Below are positions 41,382 through 56,471 of a stretch of DNA of 64,000 bases, piece by piece (the first letter of the stretch is position 1; each line of letters opens with the position of its first letter). Position numbers and translations under genes: made by a program. Under the pieces are notes generated by a model. The model saw nothing but the letters and a program-made list of their open reading frames with translations. It was not told the DNA's origin and ran no database searches. Source of the DNA: the human T2T-CHM13v2.0 reference genome, Homo sapiens; the NCBI RefSeq assembly GCF_009914755.1, contig NC_060932.1. The stretch is one strand, 5' to 3'.

Positions 41382-42249
41382 TAGTAAAGTGGTTTCCTAG
41401 TATTTTCTAAAGACTAAAAATGAGTTTTAAAATATTCTTAATAATTTTATGAGCTCAGGGATTAAACATAGTAGATATATTTCAGTACCTTGCCATTATC
41501 TCAATTAATGGTCAAATTATTATGACTTTGGCTTTGACACCATATTTATGTTGGTTTCTGGGTCGTTTTGACATAACTCTAAGAGTCTTTGATAGTTTCC
41601 TTTATTTCTGATATGACAAAATGTTTCTGAGTCATAATTTCCTGCCCCATGTTGGGAATCAACCAGTTCTCTAAAATACTCTGGTATCATTTATTGGGGA
41701 ATACTATTTAGATCCAATATTCTGGGTGCTAAGAAAGCTCATTAACCTCATCAATCTTACAGTGACATCGATCAGCATTGTCAGAAATATCACTTCTCAA
41801 TGACACTATTATGACTGCTCATTTGCTTTATCCCACAATACACCTATAAGTCTCAGAAAAACAGTACCACCAGCACCAACATCATTATGATATCTGAAAA
41901 GAGTTTAATAATTTTTTATTTGAGGGCTGCAGAATATTCCAGAGAATATTCTGTTAGGTAAGAACAACAAAATTATTATGTTTTAAAGTCACTTGGAGTG
42001 GTTCTCCTCTGTGAGGTTATGTCACCAAGTAAATACACAGTTTTAATGTTTGATTATTATACTTGCTTTTCTTTAATTTTTTACAACCATATATGATACT
42101 TACACGATTCCAAAATCAAATTAAAAATATATATATTCAAAGAAATTTAGCTTTTTTTCCCTCTGCTATCCTCTCTCTCTTCCCACTTGTAAACTTTTAT
42201 TTTTTTAAAAATCTAATCTATTTTTCTATCTACATACTCTCCATTTTAG

Positions 42250-44800
42250 ATAAATCATGATGTGTTAAACATACTTTTATCCATGTCAGATTTTTTATTT
42301 GTCTTTTCTTGTAAAAATTTCATATCTTTTGGAGATACTCTCTTTTTATCATTGCATAGTATTCTATTGTGTAGATGCTCCATGTGCCATAGTTTATTAA
42401 ACCAGACTACTGAGGTGATGACTGACCTTCAAATGTTTCCAGTCTTTTCTTATCATTAGTTACACTGCAGAAAATAACCTGATGAGTATGCTCTTTCATA
42501 TTTTACATAGGGTACACTGAGATAGATTCCAAGAAATGAGTGTGGGATCAAATAGTAAGAACATATTACATTTTGCCAGATATTTTCAACTATCTATCAT
42601 ATTATTCAACTTCACATTTTATCATGCAATGTTTGACAGCATCTGTTTTCCATATATTCCATATATCCATATATTTGGAATATATTTTACAACACAAAAT
42701 ATATTTGTAAAACTTGAATTTTTCCCCATCTGATGGATGATGATAAGTAGTATCTCATATAGTTTTAATTTGTATTTCTCTTATTATAAGTGAAATCAGT
42801 TGTATTTTTCTTATACATTAAGAAAATAATTAAATTCATTAACCTTTTCACTGTTGCTCCTTGAATCATATTTCTGAAAAAAATTCCCACTTCTAACATC
42901 TATAAAAACTTGCCTTTTTTTCTCCTCATGCAGTTTATGTCTCTTATCCATGTGGAATTTACACTGATATGCAATATAAGAAATTGATCAATTTTTTACC
43001 ATATCCATACAGTTATCCAGCTACACCATCATCACTTATTTTATAATCCATCTTTTCCTCTATAGTTTAAAATCCTGCCTGTGTGGTATTTAAAATTTCC
43101 GTAAGCAACCAGTTCTATTTTTGGATTTGCTTTTCTGTTCCATTGGTCTGTCTGAACTAAAACCTGTCAATACTAAATGATTTTCATTGGAGAAGGGTAG
43201 TTTTATCATCTGGCTGGACAGTCCTACTCCATGCTGTTCTCTTTCAAAACTGTCCTCTCTGTACCTACTAGATTTTTCTTTCAAATAAAATTTTTATTCA
43301 AAATTTTTAGATACAGAACAATATTATATTCTAATTGGGCTTGCTTTAAATTTGTAAATAAACATAAAGGGTTGACAACTTTGTGATATTGGAACTCTGC
43401 AACTAAGTACATAATATGTATTTCCATTTGTCCAGATCTACTTTTGTGTCTTTTGGAAGTGTTTTATGGTTTACTTCATGTATGATCCTCATGTATATTT
43501 ATTATGTTTCTGTTTTAATACATTCTTTTAAATTTGTTAGCATAAATAGAGTATTTTCTCACATTATATCTTTTTTTCTTTATATCTTACAACTGATTTT
43601 GTTTTCATATATGAATGCTACTGAGCTTTGGGGGAGTAATATTATAATGACATACTTTACAAGTTGTCTCTTTCTTAAGTGGTCCTGTTGATATTTTCTG
43701 CTTCTCAAACTATATAGTCATATCTACAAGTAAAGATATCTTACATTTTATTATCAAATTATTATGTTTTTCCTTGTCAAACTGTATTAACTGATAGCTC
43801 CAAAAGGACTTTGGTATTAGTAACAGTGATGAACATTCTTGTGTTGCTCCTGATTTTGCAGTAAATTTTCTAACATTTCCACATTAAAATTCTGACTTTG
43901 GGACTGAGTTTATGTGTGTGTACTGTATGTGAGAAGGAGGAAGTGGCAGGGCGGGATGAGACAGTGGAGAGAGACAGAAAGAGAGAAGAGAAAAAGATAT
44001 ATATTTTTTTTTGACAAGGTCTCTGTTGCCCAGGCTGGAGTACAGTGGCGCAATCTCGGCTTACTGCAGCCTCAACTTCCCGGGCTCAAGTGATTCTACT
44101 ACCTCAGCCTCTGGTGTGACTACAGGCACATGCCACCATGCCCAGCGAATTTTTGTATTTTTAGTAGAGGTAGGGTTTTGCTATGTTGCCCATGCTGGTC
44201 TCAAACTCCTAGGCTCAACTGATCTGCCTAACCTCAGCCTCTCAAGATGTTGGAATTACAGGTGTGAGCCACCACGCCGAGCCAAGAGAGAAATCTTAAT
44301 GTAAATATGTACTTATGTACTGAATTTTGTCAAACGTCTTTTTAGCATCATGGAGATGACCATCTGACTTTTCTCCACAACTCTACCAATGAGATAGATG
44401 ACTGTGAATTAATGAATTTCTTAATAATAAATGCCACTTGGCTGTGATGTATTTGTTATTATGTTGCTGAATTCTGTTAGATAAATTTTACAATTTTTGT
44501 TTATAAGTGAGTTGATTAGTTGTTTACTTTTTTGGAGAAATCTTATACTCTGGCACAATATGAATTCCTAACATTTCTTATTTTACTATGCTTGGGTTAT
44601 CTGATCTTTAAAGAATTTGATAGGATTCCCCTGGATAACCAAGTGTATCTAGGGATTTTAGGGGTGGGTAGGGCTCTTGAATGACTTTATTTCTTCAGTA
44701 ATAATTGTGCTTTCTTACTCTCCTTTCCCAGTTATTTTGGTTAGGATAGATAGTGCTTTGTCTATTTTGTTGGAGTTTTCAAATAATAAGCTATTAGATT
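42250..44800 (-). mobile_element. Ancient L1ME-like fragments
   Basis: Degenerate antisense L1 motifs (tagtattctattgtg; gtagtatctcatatagttttaatttgtatttc; ttctgttccattggtct; gaacattcttgtgttgctcctgatttt). Confidence 0.6.
44004..44283 (-). mobile_element. Alu (AluJ-like)
   Basis: Antisense dimer with actgcagcctcaacttcccgggctcaag and ctcaaactcctaggctcaa. Confidence 0.92.
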
Positions 44801-44821
44801 TACATCTTAGTTCTAATTTTA

Positions 44822-45053
44822 ATTTTTTTTAATTTTACCTTAAGTTCTGGGATACATGTGCAGAACGTGCAGGTTTGTTCCAAAGGTATACATGTGCCAT
44901 GGTGGGTTGCTGCACCCATTAACCTGTCATCTAGGTTTTAAGCCCTGCATGCATTAGGTATTTATCCTAATGCTCTCCCTCCTCTTGCCCTCCCAACAGG
45001 CCCCGGTGTGTGATATTCCCCTCCCTGTGTTCTCATTGTTCAGCTCCCACTTA
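44822..45053 (-). mobile_element. L1PA (L1PA7/8-like) 3' end
   Basis: ttaagttctgggatacatgtgcagaacgtgcaggtttg...tctcattgttcagctcccactta. Confidence 0.9.
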
Positions 45054-45137
45054 TTTTTAAACATTTTTTTCCATCTTTTTAAGTGGGTGTTACTTTTTAT
45101 TCTTAATTTTTATTTTCAAATTAACGTAGGTATTTAG

Positions 45138-45542
<405 letters not shown>

Positions 45543-45739
45543 AAGTTTTTTTCCTTTTATCTCTAGGAAGACCTTTTCATTGTCATTAATTTATTGTATT
45601 ATTGAAGTTTTCTTTGTGGGATAATATGCCACAATTTGGTAAACATTCATATGATAAAAGTTGATATCATTTTTGAGAGTTGAGTTCTCTGGTAAATGTT
45701 TACCATGGGTCCTTACCCAGGTTTCCAGTGGTTTTCATT

Positions 45740-47070
45740 GTCTGAAGCTTGACTTTTAGTATATTCCCCAGAAAGGCTAATGGGAATAATATTCCCTGAG
45801 TTGTTGCTTTTATCCTCAAAGTTGTAGCCTTTATCCTTGAAGGTCACTTTTACTTGTTAGCTGTTCTCGGTCAATTTCTCCAGGTTAAAAATGTGTTCCC
45901 TTAGTATATATTTTCAAATTAGATTTTTTTTCAGGAATGTGTTCTCAACTTATAATTTATGGTAGCTAATTTATATCGTTTAACATTTCTTTGCTAACTT
46001 CTACGTTTATCACTTTTTCTCAAATCCTTTTTATCTTTTTTTAAAGTTTATTTTTGATCTTTAAAATTTACTTCCTTTCCATCTCGTATTTTTCTTAAGT
46101 ATGATTTTCTGTGTTTATTTGTTCACATGTCTCTTCTAGCATAGGCTTTCTTTATGAAATTATTTTCTGTAATTTTCAAATATTTCGAGTTCTGTTGCAT
46201 GTTTACAGATACCTTTTTCTCCACTCATGTCATTGTAGGGACTTTCTTATTCTAATTGCTATACTTATTTAATAGTTACTACCATTTCCTTAAAAGTTTT
46301 AGCACATGTTGAAATTATGTGTTATAATTTTGTTTTTTTGTGGCCATGTATTTCCAGTGTGCTTTTGTCATCTGTATGGATGTATTTCCAGTTCTTGTTT
46401 ACTTTCATTTTCTCTTAAAACCTATTTGGAGACTTGAATGTGATCTATTCCTGTTGTACATCTTAAAAGGAAATTCACTTTTCAATGTTTTCAGAAGGGA
46501 TAAAGTAAGGCAGAATAGATTTTCTAGCTTTAAATCATTAGAATTCTCACTTTTGTTGTTTTCAAAAGTGATTTTAAAATATGTCCTTTTAGAACTTGAG
46601 TTCTCTTTACTGCTCTTTCTTCCTCAATTTTATTTGAGCCATTTTTTCTCTTTTTCTTTTTTCTTTTTGGACCTAATTTGCTTTCTGTTCAACTTGGAAT
46701 TTATTCTATGCAATTTCTTTTCACTGTGATGTTTCGCTTTGCTTGGAAGGAAATTACTGGTTGTTAATTGAGAGTTTAAAAAGTCAAAACCTCTCTAGAA
46801 TGAAGAACTTTCCTCAAAATACAGACCCTTTTTATGTACTCGCAAATTGGATCATGAGAGCCCTCTGCAAGTTTTGGATGCTGTTTCCATATGGATCTAC
46901 TACATCCAAAGGGAGTAGCTGTTTGAACTGTCCTGTTCTCAGAGAGGCCCAGTTATTTTTATTCCTCTTTCTCCCACACAGATACAGCCATGCTATGTAG
47001 ACCTTGCAGCGGGTAATAATTTCTCTCCATGTGCTTACTCATCTTTGAGGGTTCATGGCATATTTTTGTC
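45740..47070 (-). mobile_element. Ancient L1M 5'/ORF1-like fragments
   Basis: Very T-rich degenerate sequence resembling old L1 5' regions; low certainty. Confidence 0.4.
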
Positions 47071-49249
47071 AGGAGCTCAGCTAAGCTGGAGAAAGTAGCC
47101 AAGTAAAACAACAAGCCGAAATGAAGATAACAGTCAACCCTTTAATCACTTACTGTGATAGTGTGAGCTAGAAACAAAACAGAGGAAAACAATGCCACCC
47201 CCTTCCAATCCATTTTCCCCATGGATTGGTGTGATGGTTGAGGTTCAGGTGGATCAAAACAGACTTGAGGGTCATCTTTTTGATGACATAGCTCTAAACA
47301 AAATGAGTTTGCCATTTTATGGATCCAGGAGGTGGGAGAGGACAAGGGGCTAGGGCTAGAAGTGGAAAAATGCTGAGTACTGAGTCTGAACAGAGAAAAC
47401 TCCTTCAAAATGTTTTGCCTCTCCCCTGATAAGGAGGTCTTTGCAAAAGCTCTGAGGAAGGCCTCTGGGAAAGAGCTAAAATAAGTAAACTACTGAATGG
47501 AAACACCTGATCTAGGAATGCAGATATGCATGAGAGTATGGCAGGCCGGGGAGCCTGAGTCCTTAACTGCAACTCCTTTCAGAGACTGCAGTGCCCTGGC
47601 TGTGTATCCAGTCTAGGGTAGGGAGGGCAGCTTTCCCCCAGGAGGCCTGTCCAGTAAAGCCTTTGTAATTGCCTATGTTTGAGCCTAAAAAATTCACACA
47701 CAGATTTTTTTGATCAGAAGCTAAACTCCTCAACCTTGTCACCAATATTTGTTGTATATATTGGATTTGGATTTTTTTTATTTCACCATTGTAATTGTGG
47801 TGTCTGTTTTTATGAGGAACATTTGTGGAGTACTGCCACCACCACCTATCCAGAACACTCTCTACATACACTTTAGCAACAGGAGACCATATTGTCATTG
47901 TTTGGTGGAGCCAATACTCATTAACATTTACCCAGATAGCTACCCTTTCTGCTACTCATTGTTCTTTTCCTTCATTTCCATGTTTCTTTCCAAAGAACTT
48001 TTTAGTATTTCTTTAATATTAATTGAGAGCAAACATTTCTCTCAATTTTGTGTTAATCTGGGTCTCTCTCTCTCTCTCTATCCTTCTCCCTCTCTCTCCC
48101 CTCCACTTTCTCCTTTTCCTTTAGCTTCACTTTCAACATTATCTTCACAAGCTATAAAAACTAGATTGGCAGTTATTTTCTTTCAGAATTTTAAAGATAT
48201 CAAAGAAGTTGCTACAATTAATAGTAAAGATATTTTCTAAGAATTGAACAGCCTTGCTAATGTAGTAGTTAAAATTTAATCAACACATGAGCAAACTTAT
48301 TTTCCTTATGTTCCTCTCATGATATTGAAAATATTTATAAGTTCTAGACTGCAAATAGTACCATATTTTTCTTTAACTACTAATAATGAAAAGTGAAGCT
48401 GAAAAATTACCCACATAGACTTAGTTAAAATAATGTTTCTTTAATAAAATATTATATATTTGATTTATTATATACCTTTTTATTTTATTTTATAAGAGCA
48501 AAAGTAGGCTTATATTATAACAGAAATATGTTTGTCCTTTAGAAACTTATGACAGTCTATTTCAGAGTATAGCCATTATGAACGCGGTTCCTATAAATAC
48601 TATTATTCTGACAATTTTCTGCAATGTTGAAAGTAAATTAAGGCTCATTATTAAAAAATAAAGTTTTCCAAATTTCTTAGTGAATTTTTACCTTTGATTA
48701 CTATCTATAAAATAATCATAAAATCACCATGGAAACAGAAATTGTTGTTTCAATATTAAGAAAACAACTATTTCATTGCGACAAAATCTAGGTCTATAAC
48801 CATTACCCAAGGTATAAATATAAACTTACATTAAATAGAGAAATTAAGAAAATAAAGCATAAACAAGATTTTTTAAGGGTAGTGACATTTACACACAAAC
48901 TAAGGAGGCACAGAAAAGAATATGGCAGGTTTTTTTCTATTTTTCCACTGAATAACTCTAGTTTTTAAAAATAGAATTTTTATTGGTATTACATTTATTA
49001 CATTGTAATTTTCTGTTTTATGTTGAAATTTAAATTTCTACTAGATAAAGGCTAGAGAAGAATATAAACGGTACCTGGAATCAGTCTTTTAAAGTAATTG
49101 TAATAATTATGTCAAGTTTCTTTAACAACATAACTTTTCACTGTTTCCATTAACATGCATTTCTTTTAAAAAATGATTTATTGACCAACATAATTGTTTC
49201 TGGTTTGAAGATGGGAATTGTGTGACATGAATTCTAACTCAGAATCATT

Positions 49250-49680
49250 TGAATTCAAATCTGGCTACAGTCCTGGAGTGCACAAATTATTCCATATAGA
49301 TGTGCTAGATGAAGATGGTATAAATAAGAGAGGAAGTTGAAATGGAGTTAATTAGATCAGGCTTTTCCTCTTTAAAAGACGACTTTTGAGTTGAAATATT
49401 AAGTAATTAGAGACTTGATAGAGTTGATAGGTAAGCACATTCTAGTTAAGAGGAATAGCTTGATTTAAAAAAAATGAGGAAAGAGAGTCAGAAGTGGATA
49501 ATAATAGAAAGAAGTATTTAATGGCAGTGAGGGATTATGTTGGAAAACAGCAAAAGATAATTCTAGAAAGATAGTGGGAATACACTGGGGGCAGAGAGCC
49601 ACGTATAATTTATTCTTGGCTGTATTTCTATCTCCTAGGCTGGTGCATGGTGCTGAATAAATATTCATTGAAATAAAGCT
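49250..49680 (-). mobile_element. L2-like fragments
   Basis: gatcaggcttttcc...gacttttgagttgaaa...cattctagttaagaggaatagc. The terminal tgcatggtgctgaataaatattcattgaa looks like an L2 3' end in the opposite orientation. Confidence 0.5.
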
Positions 49681-50194
49681 ATGCCATTTTTACCCTAGCT
49701 TGGACCAAGATGGTAACTGTATAAATGAAAAGGAATCATTTAATCTTTCATTTATCCTAGACTTTGCTCTGAATGCCTATTGCAAAGGGAATAAAACATT
49801 GCCTCAGTACTATAGATACTCCCATTTTTCCAAAGGCTACAGAATAACAGGAAAAAAAATACACATGCATGTGCACACATACACATACAGAGAGAGAGAG
49901 TTCAGTACATTTTGATAAGTTCAAAAGTAGAGTGATGAATAAAGTGGATCGAGTAACTCTGTCAGAAACTTTTAGGAGAGGAAGTTTTTTTTTTTTTGAC
50001 TATCAGATTCAGAAAATGAAAAAGAACAGTGAGAGGAAAGTTTTAAAATATCTCCAAAGTTGTGCAGAACTGGGAGAACTGTGGTTTCAGAAAAGTGCTG
50101 AGAAAATACAAATAAGATGGTTGTATTTCCAATATTTTCAATTAAATTTAAAGCATTTTCTGTTGTTTTACCTATTGTGTAAACTATAGTAGGA

Positions 50195-50206
50195 TGTGTG
50201 TGTATA

Positions 50207-50252
<46 letters not shown>
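50195..50252. repeat. (TG)n(TA)n-poly(T) compound repeat
   Basis: tgtgtgtgtatatatatatatatatata followed by about 29 T. Confidence 0.95.
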
Positions 50253-50253
<1 letters not shown>

Positions 50254-51016
50254 AGAAAGCAGAGACAGCAAAGGTAGCTCTGTCAAACTGGTGCCATTGT
50301 TGGTGATTAACTGGATGACTCTGTCTCCAATATGAACTCACTCATATACACACTTATTGCTTAGAAGATAAGGCAAGCAAACCTGCCCAATTTTACAGAG
50401 GAGAACAATTTCACTTATAAGCTAAAGTTAACACTCCTGATACTCCTGGTTCATGGTGCTCCAATATTTGTTCCACTTTTCATGATTTGACCCTACTTAG
50501 TCTTAGACTCCTTGCTGTTGATCTAACCTGGTACTCTGATTTTGGCTCTTTGTTTTGACTTTGGTTTCCTAATTAGACCCCTTTTTTTTTTCACATTCCA
50601 AAAGTTGACTTCTTGTTGCAACTTCATATAATGAAGTGCATGTTCATGTCAATTAAATTCACCAGCCTCAAATTTAAAATATTTCCATCAAATTTTTATA
50701 GTAAGTAGCATTCAAAATGAGGAAATTATTATATTAAGATCCTTAAAATAAGACAAAGTGATAAATAAAGAAGTGACTAGTCAATAACATGATTAAAGAT
50801 CCTGAGGTAGGGGTTGAATGGGCGCAAGGAGGGAAAAAATTCACACACATACATACATAAATGAACTAGATGAGGGATAAAAGGAAATCTTATGCAATTA
50901 TATGGAAAAATACTTAAATATTGTAAGTTTACAAATTTTAAACTACTTTGAATTTATATAAAGTAAAAACAAATCTTAATCTTAAATAATTTGTTTAGGG
51001 AAAGACTCCACTTCTT

Positions 51017-51321
51017 TCACTTCTTTTTCTTTTTTTGGGAGGGGGACAGCATCTTGCTCTGTTGCCCAGTCCCTGGAGTGCAGTGGCACAATCATAGCTC
51101 ACTGTAACCTCTAATACCTGGGCTCGAAGGATCTTCCTGCCTCAGCCTCCCAAGTAATTGGGACTACAGGCACACACTGCCATGCCCAGATAATTTTTAA
51201 ATTCTTGGTAGAGACTGGGATCTCACGATGTTGCCCAGGCAGGTCTCTTGGCCTCAGGTGATCCTCCCATCTCAGCCTCCCAAAGTGATGGGATTACAGG
51301 TGTGAGCCACTGTCCCCAGCC
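51017..51321 (-). mobile_element. Alu (AluJ-like)
   Basis: Antisense dimer; 15-bp TSD aagactccacttctt (51002-51016) / aagactcctcttctt (51322-51336). Confidence 0.92.
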
Positions 51322-52863
51322 AAGACTCCTCTTCTTATTGACAAGAGTTGAGTAAAGGTCAATGGCATGTACTGGTGCTGAGGAAATTGTTTCTTGCAGG
51401 TTCCATCTGCCAGCCTCACAACATCCCTCAAACGAGACATGTTTTGGGGACTGAGATCTGTACCTCAAATTGTTTCAAGGTAAAAATAGCACAGTTAAGA
51501 ATTGGAAGTATTTCTAAAAGAATATCTATTAAATTATTTTGTAACCTCTAAAGTAACATTTTCTTATTGTGCCTGGAAAAAAAAAAGGAGTGAAAATTTA
51601 TTAAATATCCAAAGTAAAATCAAGCTACAGGTGGCAGTGGTCCTTTAAGAAAATTAATGTATTTTGCCTATACTGTCTATTTTATTTCTTACGTGTATAT
51701 CTATGTTAATATTTAAATATTATTAGCCAAGTGACTTTAAGTAGTAGAAGCAGAAAATTTAAGTGTTACACAAACATTTGCTGTTAAGATGAATCATCTT
51801 TCCATACACATAACTATTTTCAAATACTTTAGAATACAAAATGCTTTTTAAAATGCCTTGAAAACAAAGAATTAATCTGACATAATCACATCCCTAATAG
51901 AGTTTTATTTTCTTATATTTCTTTAATTCTCTTACTGAATTGAAACTTAATAGGTTTCTTTTAGAAACTTGATTGTCATGATACAATAGTAGTTTTGTAA
52001 TAACAAAATTCCTAAAAAAATTAAGTAATCATGGCTGAAAGACATTTACTCGTGTGTAGGCAACAATGTTCTATCATTAGCTCAAGTCATCTCCATATTT
52101 TTCACTTTAAGTTAATTAGACTATCACACATTTAAACACTGGAGATGTAACAATTTACGGTAGTTCATTGTGTTTTGTTTTCCAACCAGAACATGTTCTC
52201 TTAAACATGAGAGTGCATCTTTTGAAGAGAAAAGATATCAAAATAATGGTGTTAATTGTTGTCTAGTGTTTCTGTTATATGAAAATATAAATATTACAAA
52301 TCTAGGAGCCACATGTCTATGTAAGGAGTATTTTCAAATGAATAATCCAAAGAACCAAAAATATTAAAACATTCCAAGTTATATTTGAATCACTGTATGT
52401 TCATCACCAAATGTCAAAGAGATGGAGACACATAGTCCCAGTAATACTTACAGCCCCTCAGAGCACTCCGTTTCTCCAGCACCTGGTAATTTCTGGGATT
52501 CTTGCTCTCCTAGCTCAGAAGAATCCTTTTAGCCACAACACATCCTATTTCCATATCACAAACCAAATACCAATCATTCGAATTCCCATTTCAGCAGGTC
52601 CTCACATTCAACAGTGCCTCGTCTCTTAGGACGAATAATACTATATAAATGCAAGTAAATAAAATAAAATGTCTAAAATATTCTTTGGACCCAGTATAGA
52701 AATTTTGATAAATTATTTCTTCAAAACAAAAGAGTATGACAAAGTGTCAGTTTTCATGTGAGTCGCCCATTTTTTTATTAAAGAATTTTCAAGGATAATT
52801 TTGAGTCATAACTCTTTTTTTACCTTTATATGCTGACTTTAGATCCTAGCTATAAAATATGTT

Positions 52864-53262
<399 letters not shown>

Positions 53263-54169
53263 TTATACACCAGGGTGGCTCTGATGACTGGCAGGTAGTG
53301 GCATGCTACATAAATGTTCATTCTTGGGCTCTTCATTCATCCTGTGGAACCTCTTTAGGCTGTTTCATGCCACAGACTCACTGGAAGAAATTGCCGTCTT
53401 CTCTTTCACTAACTGGTACAACTTCATTCAAGGAAACATTTCCTGAATCAGTGAACATTTGGATAAATAAAAGTAATGTGAATGTTCTGTTTTGACATTT
53501 TAATTTAATAATACGTTCTAAAGTTTCCTTTAGGTTTTTGGAATTATATTTAGCTTCTAAAATTTTGCCACTTAACATATGCTAGAAACAGCCCCATTCT
53601 CACCACAGAGATAATCTCCCAAGTATATGATAATCATTGTAGCTTATATAACATTTTCTAAATTTAGATATCCCATCAGTATATAATGATCAAGCTATTT
53701 GCTAACAATTTAGAATGGAATAAAAATAATAATATGGAAATTTGCACTATAAAGAGCAGGTGAAGGGTAGTGTACATAATTTTCACTGTTTTAGATAATT
53801 TGCTTTTGCAATAGAGTCATAAACATTAGAAAGAACACCAGAACTTAAAATAACCTGCTCACTTGGGCTTGCCTCTACAGCATGTCTGTATGGTCTGCAC
53901 TCTCTCCCCGGATTAATTGCTTTCATATCATGTACATTTGCAGGAACAGTGTGACAAATGATAAAACAAAATAAGGTCACTTAATGTGATTAAGGACAAG
54001 AGTGATTTGTGCAAAATATTATTGAAAATTACTATTTAAGTTGCATTTTGCGTGTACTTTTCAGAATTTTAAAAAGAGTGATATGATGTGTGGAGATGAT
54101 GGATGAGGGTGAGATGGAAAGCATATTAATGTATGAAGCCACTGAAACTTCTGAAAAGATACTCAAGAG

Positions 54170-54330
54170 TTTTACATTAAGCATCTCAATACCTAAAATA
54201 AAGCTGTGAGATAAGCATTATTAATTTATTTTCAGATCAGAAATCTAAGGCACAGAGGGTTTGCTCAAAACCAAACAGCTAGTAAGTGTCAGAGTTGGAG
54301 TCTTATTAAGGCTATTTGACTCCAAAGACT
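54170..54330 (-). mobile_element. MIR
   Basis: ttttcagatcagaaatctaaggcacagagg...cagctagtaagtgtcagagttgga...tgactccaaag. Confidence 0.75.
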
Positions 54331-54429
54331 AAGCTCCTATCGACCATGAAGAACTTGTAAAAGACAAAAAAAAATAAAATAAAACAAAAACACATCTTTA
54401 TTATTTATTCACATCCCTAACACATTACT

Positions 54430-54856
54430 CTGGTAATTTTTATAACATTGGTCTCCATTTTTGACATCCTTGTAATGACTTTTTGTAGACAGAGTTATTT
54501 CTCTTTCCTGATGTCAGTATTGGCCATGAAACTTGCTTTGGCTAATAGAACACAAGTGAACATGATATACACCACCTCTGAGTGGTGCTTTAAATGTGCT
54601 CACGTGGTTTGATTTTACCACTCTGTTTCTACTCTTTTTTTTGACAACAGCATGTTTTGGGAAGAGCTGCTCTTTCAGCCTGAGTCTCTAAGACACCTAG
54701 CACAGATCTGAACACCGACCGCACCGACCAAAGCCTGAAACAGAGACTCAGCAGAACTGTCACAGGGCATATTATTTGAATGGGAAATAAATATTAAAGC
54801 CACTGATATTTTGGGGTTACTTGACGCATAGCATAATTTAGAGAAAGCTAAATAAT
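54430..54856 (+). mobile_element. MaLR LTR (MLT1G/H-like)
   Basis: ttggccatgaaacttgctttggctaatagaa...ctttcagcctgagtc...aataaatattaaagccactgatattttggggttac...aaagctaaataata. Confidence 0.7.
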
Positions 54857-56411
54857 ATGCTTTTCAAGCATTTAGGAGATACAGCCGCAGATCTGAAAAG
54901 CTAATTGGTAACATTTTTACAATAGGAAACCTAACTTGTCACAGTTTTCTTCTACTGCATGTGAAAAGCAGAAAGTTGTTGTAGAGATATATTTTCACCC
55001 CGTGTAGCCAGAATAGTTTTGTTGCCCTGGTGCCAGGAAAAGGCTTCTTTGTAAATATATATCCCCACTATGGTACGAGATCATAGAAATTAATTCATCT
55101 TGCTTAAGCATTGTTTCCTCGAAGGAGAGAGTTTTTATAAATAATCCTGGGAGAAGTTACTCAGTATGTAAGCAATGCCTTACTGTGCATATGTTTGTCA
55201 AAGTAATTTTCCCCGTGACTGGACAGGCCTGGGATGGACCCACAGCAATCAGCAGTTACTGGGTGGAAAGGAAATAAGAGTCTCAAAGCAGAGGGAAACA
55301 GTGACACAGGCTGAGGAATTAAATGACTATTGTGACTTCTTTTATATCATTGATTACTTTATATCGCAATCTGAAATCAGCAAAAATATTTCTAGAGCTT
55401 ATGCATTCTCTATGAACATTTAAACATTTATTACAATATGTTAATTAAAATGATGCATGCATAATCTGACTCATACTTTAATTTAAACATAGCCACCTTT
55501 TAATTGTGTCTATCACACAAAGTGTGTATTTACAATAGAGTTGGCACTATTTACTATATTTACTATTTATTCTAGAGTATTTAGAAGATCTATTTACTAT
55601 AGAAAATTGTTGCTATGATTTCCTGGCCTAATGAGAAAAAAAAAACAAATGCTGATTAATAGGCCAGTGAAAAATTTGAGTGAAAAGACTTCAAGTCACA
55701 CTGCCCAAAAGAAGATTTTGCAATAATTTTACCAGAAAAGCCATACAATGCAGTCATTAGGAGCATTACTTTGGGAAGTAAGACAATGTAGAAGTCTACA
55801 GAACCTGAAGCATACAAGTAAGTATGTTCATCTTGTAAGCTGTTACTTAGTTTCGTGATCCATCCCATTAATGTAATGTTGCTGATTTGAATTTATGGAT
55901 ATTATGGCTTTATTTCTGTTTAATTTATAAATGAGTTTTATAGTTGCTTAAATTATAAGTGTAAAGAAGCTATACTTAGTTTCACATTTATATGTATTTT
56001 AGTAGTGCAATAAATATAATTTAAGTCAACACTGGGGTTAGCAAGAATTGTACTTTTCCTTAATAAGGCTTATTCCTTTATAAGAATTGTGCTTTTCCTT
56101 TATATTCATTGGTGAAAACACTATTTTGAAAGCATAAACTTGCCTGGTATTAGTTGTACAAATTTAAAAATAAACTGGATCTGACAAGTTTCCAAATTAG
56201 GTATTCATTTACTATATTTGGCATGTTTCTTGTGTTTTGTAGTATCTGTAAATCATCTGCAAAACTGACAGTTAAAAGATGAGAAGTTACTGTTTGTGAA
56301 TCAGCCTAGTTGTTTCACTTGAAGACTTTTTTAGTTATAAGAGATTAGGGCATTTCTTTGTATTTCCATTTAAGAACAATTTTTAAAAAAATTGTTGTGG
56401 AATGATAGTTT

Positions 56412-56471
56412 CTATTTCTGTTAGCTGAACTCACTTCTGTGCTATTTCTGTTAGTTTAAATCACTTCTGTG
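56412..56471. repeat. 30-bp tandem duplication
   Basis: ctatttctgttagctgaactcacttctgtg / ctatttctgttagtttaaatcacttctgtg. Confidence 0.9.

Larger units (their letters stand above)
40075..42050 (-). mobile_element. Old L1MC-like 3' region, interrupted by THE1 and L1PB insertions
   Basis: aagtaaattccaaatctc...aaatatttcagcatgcat; tctagaggcttgattagattcagg; ggaatcaaccagttctctaa. Confidence 0.6.

Noticed and set aside
46340-46729. 129-aa hydrophobic ORF resembling a membrane protein
   Set aside because: F/L richness is explained by T-rich decayed L1 sequence; GTG start.
47563-48240. Overlapping 111-163 aa ORFs, including the longest ORF in the window
   Set aside because: Non-ATG starts for the long ones, low-complexity F/L/S/P content from CT-rich DNA, and no recognisable domain or splice context. 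The adjacent 47100-47700 may be an old LTR but I could not assign it.
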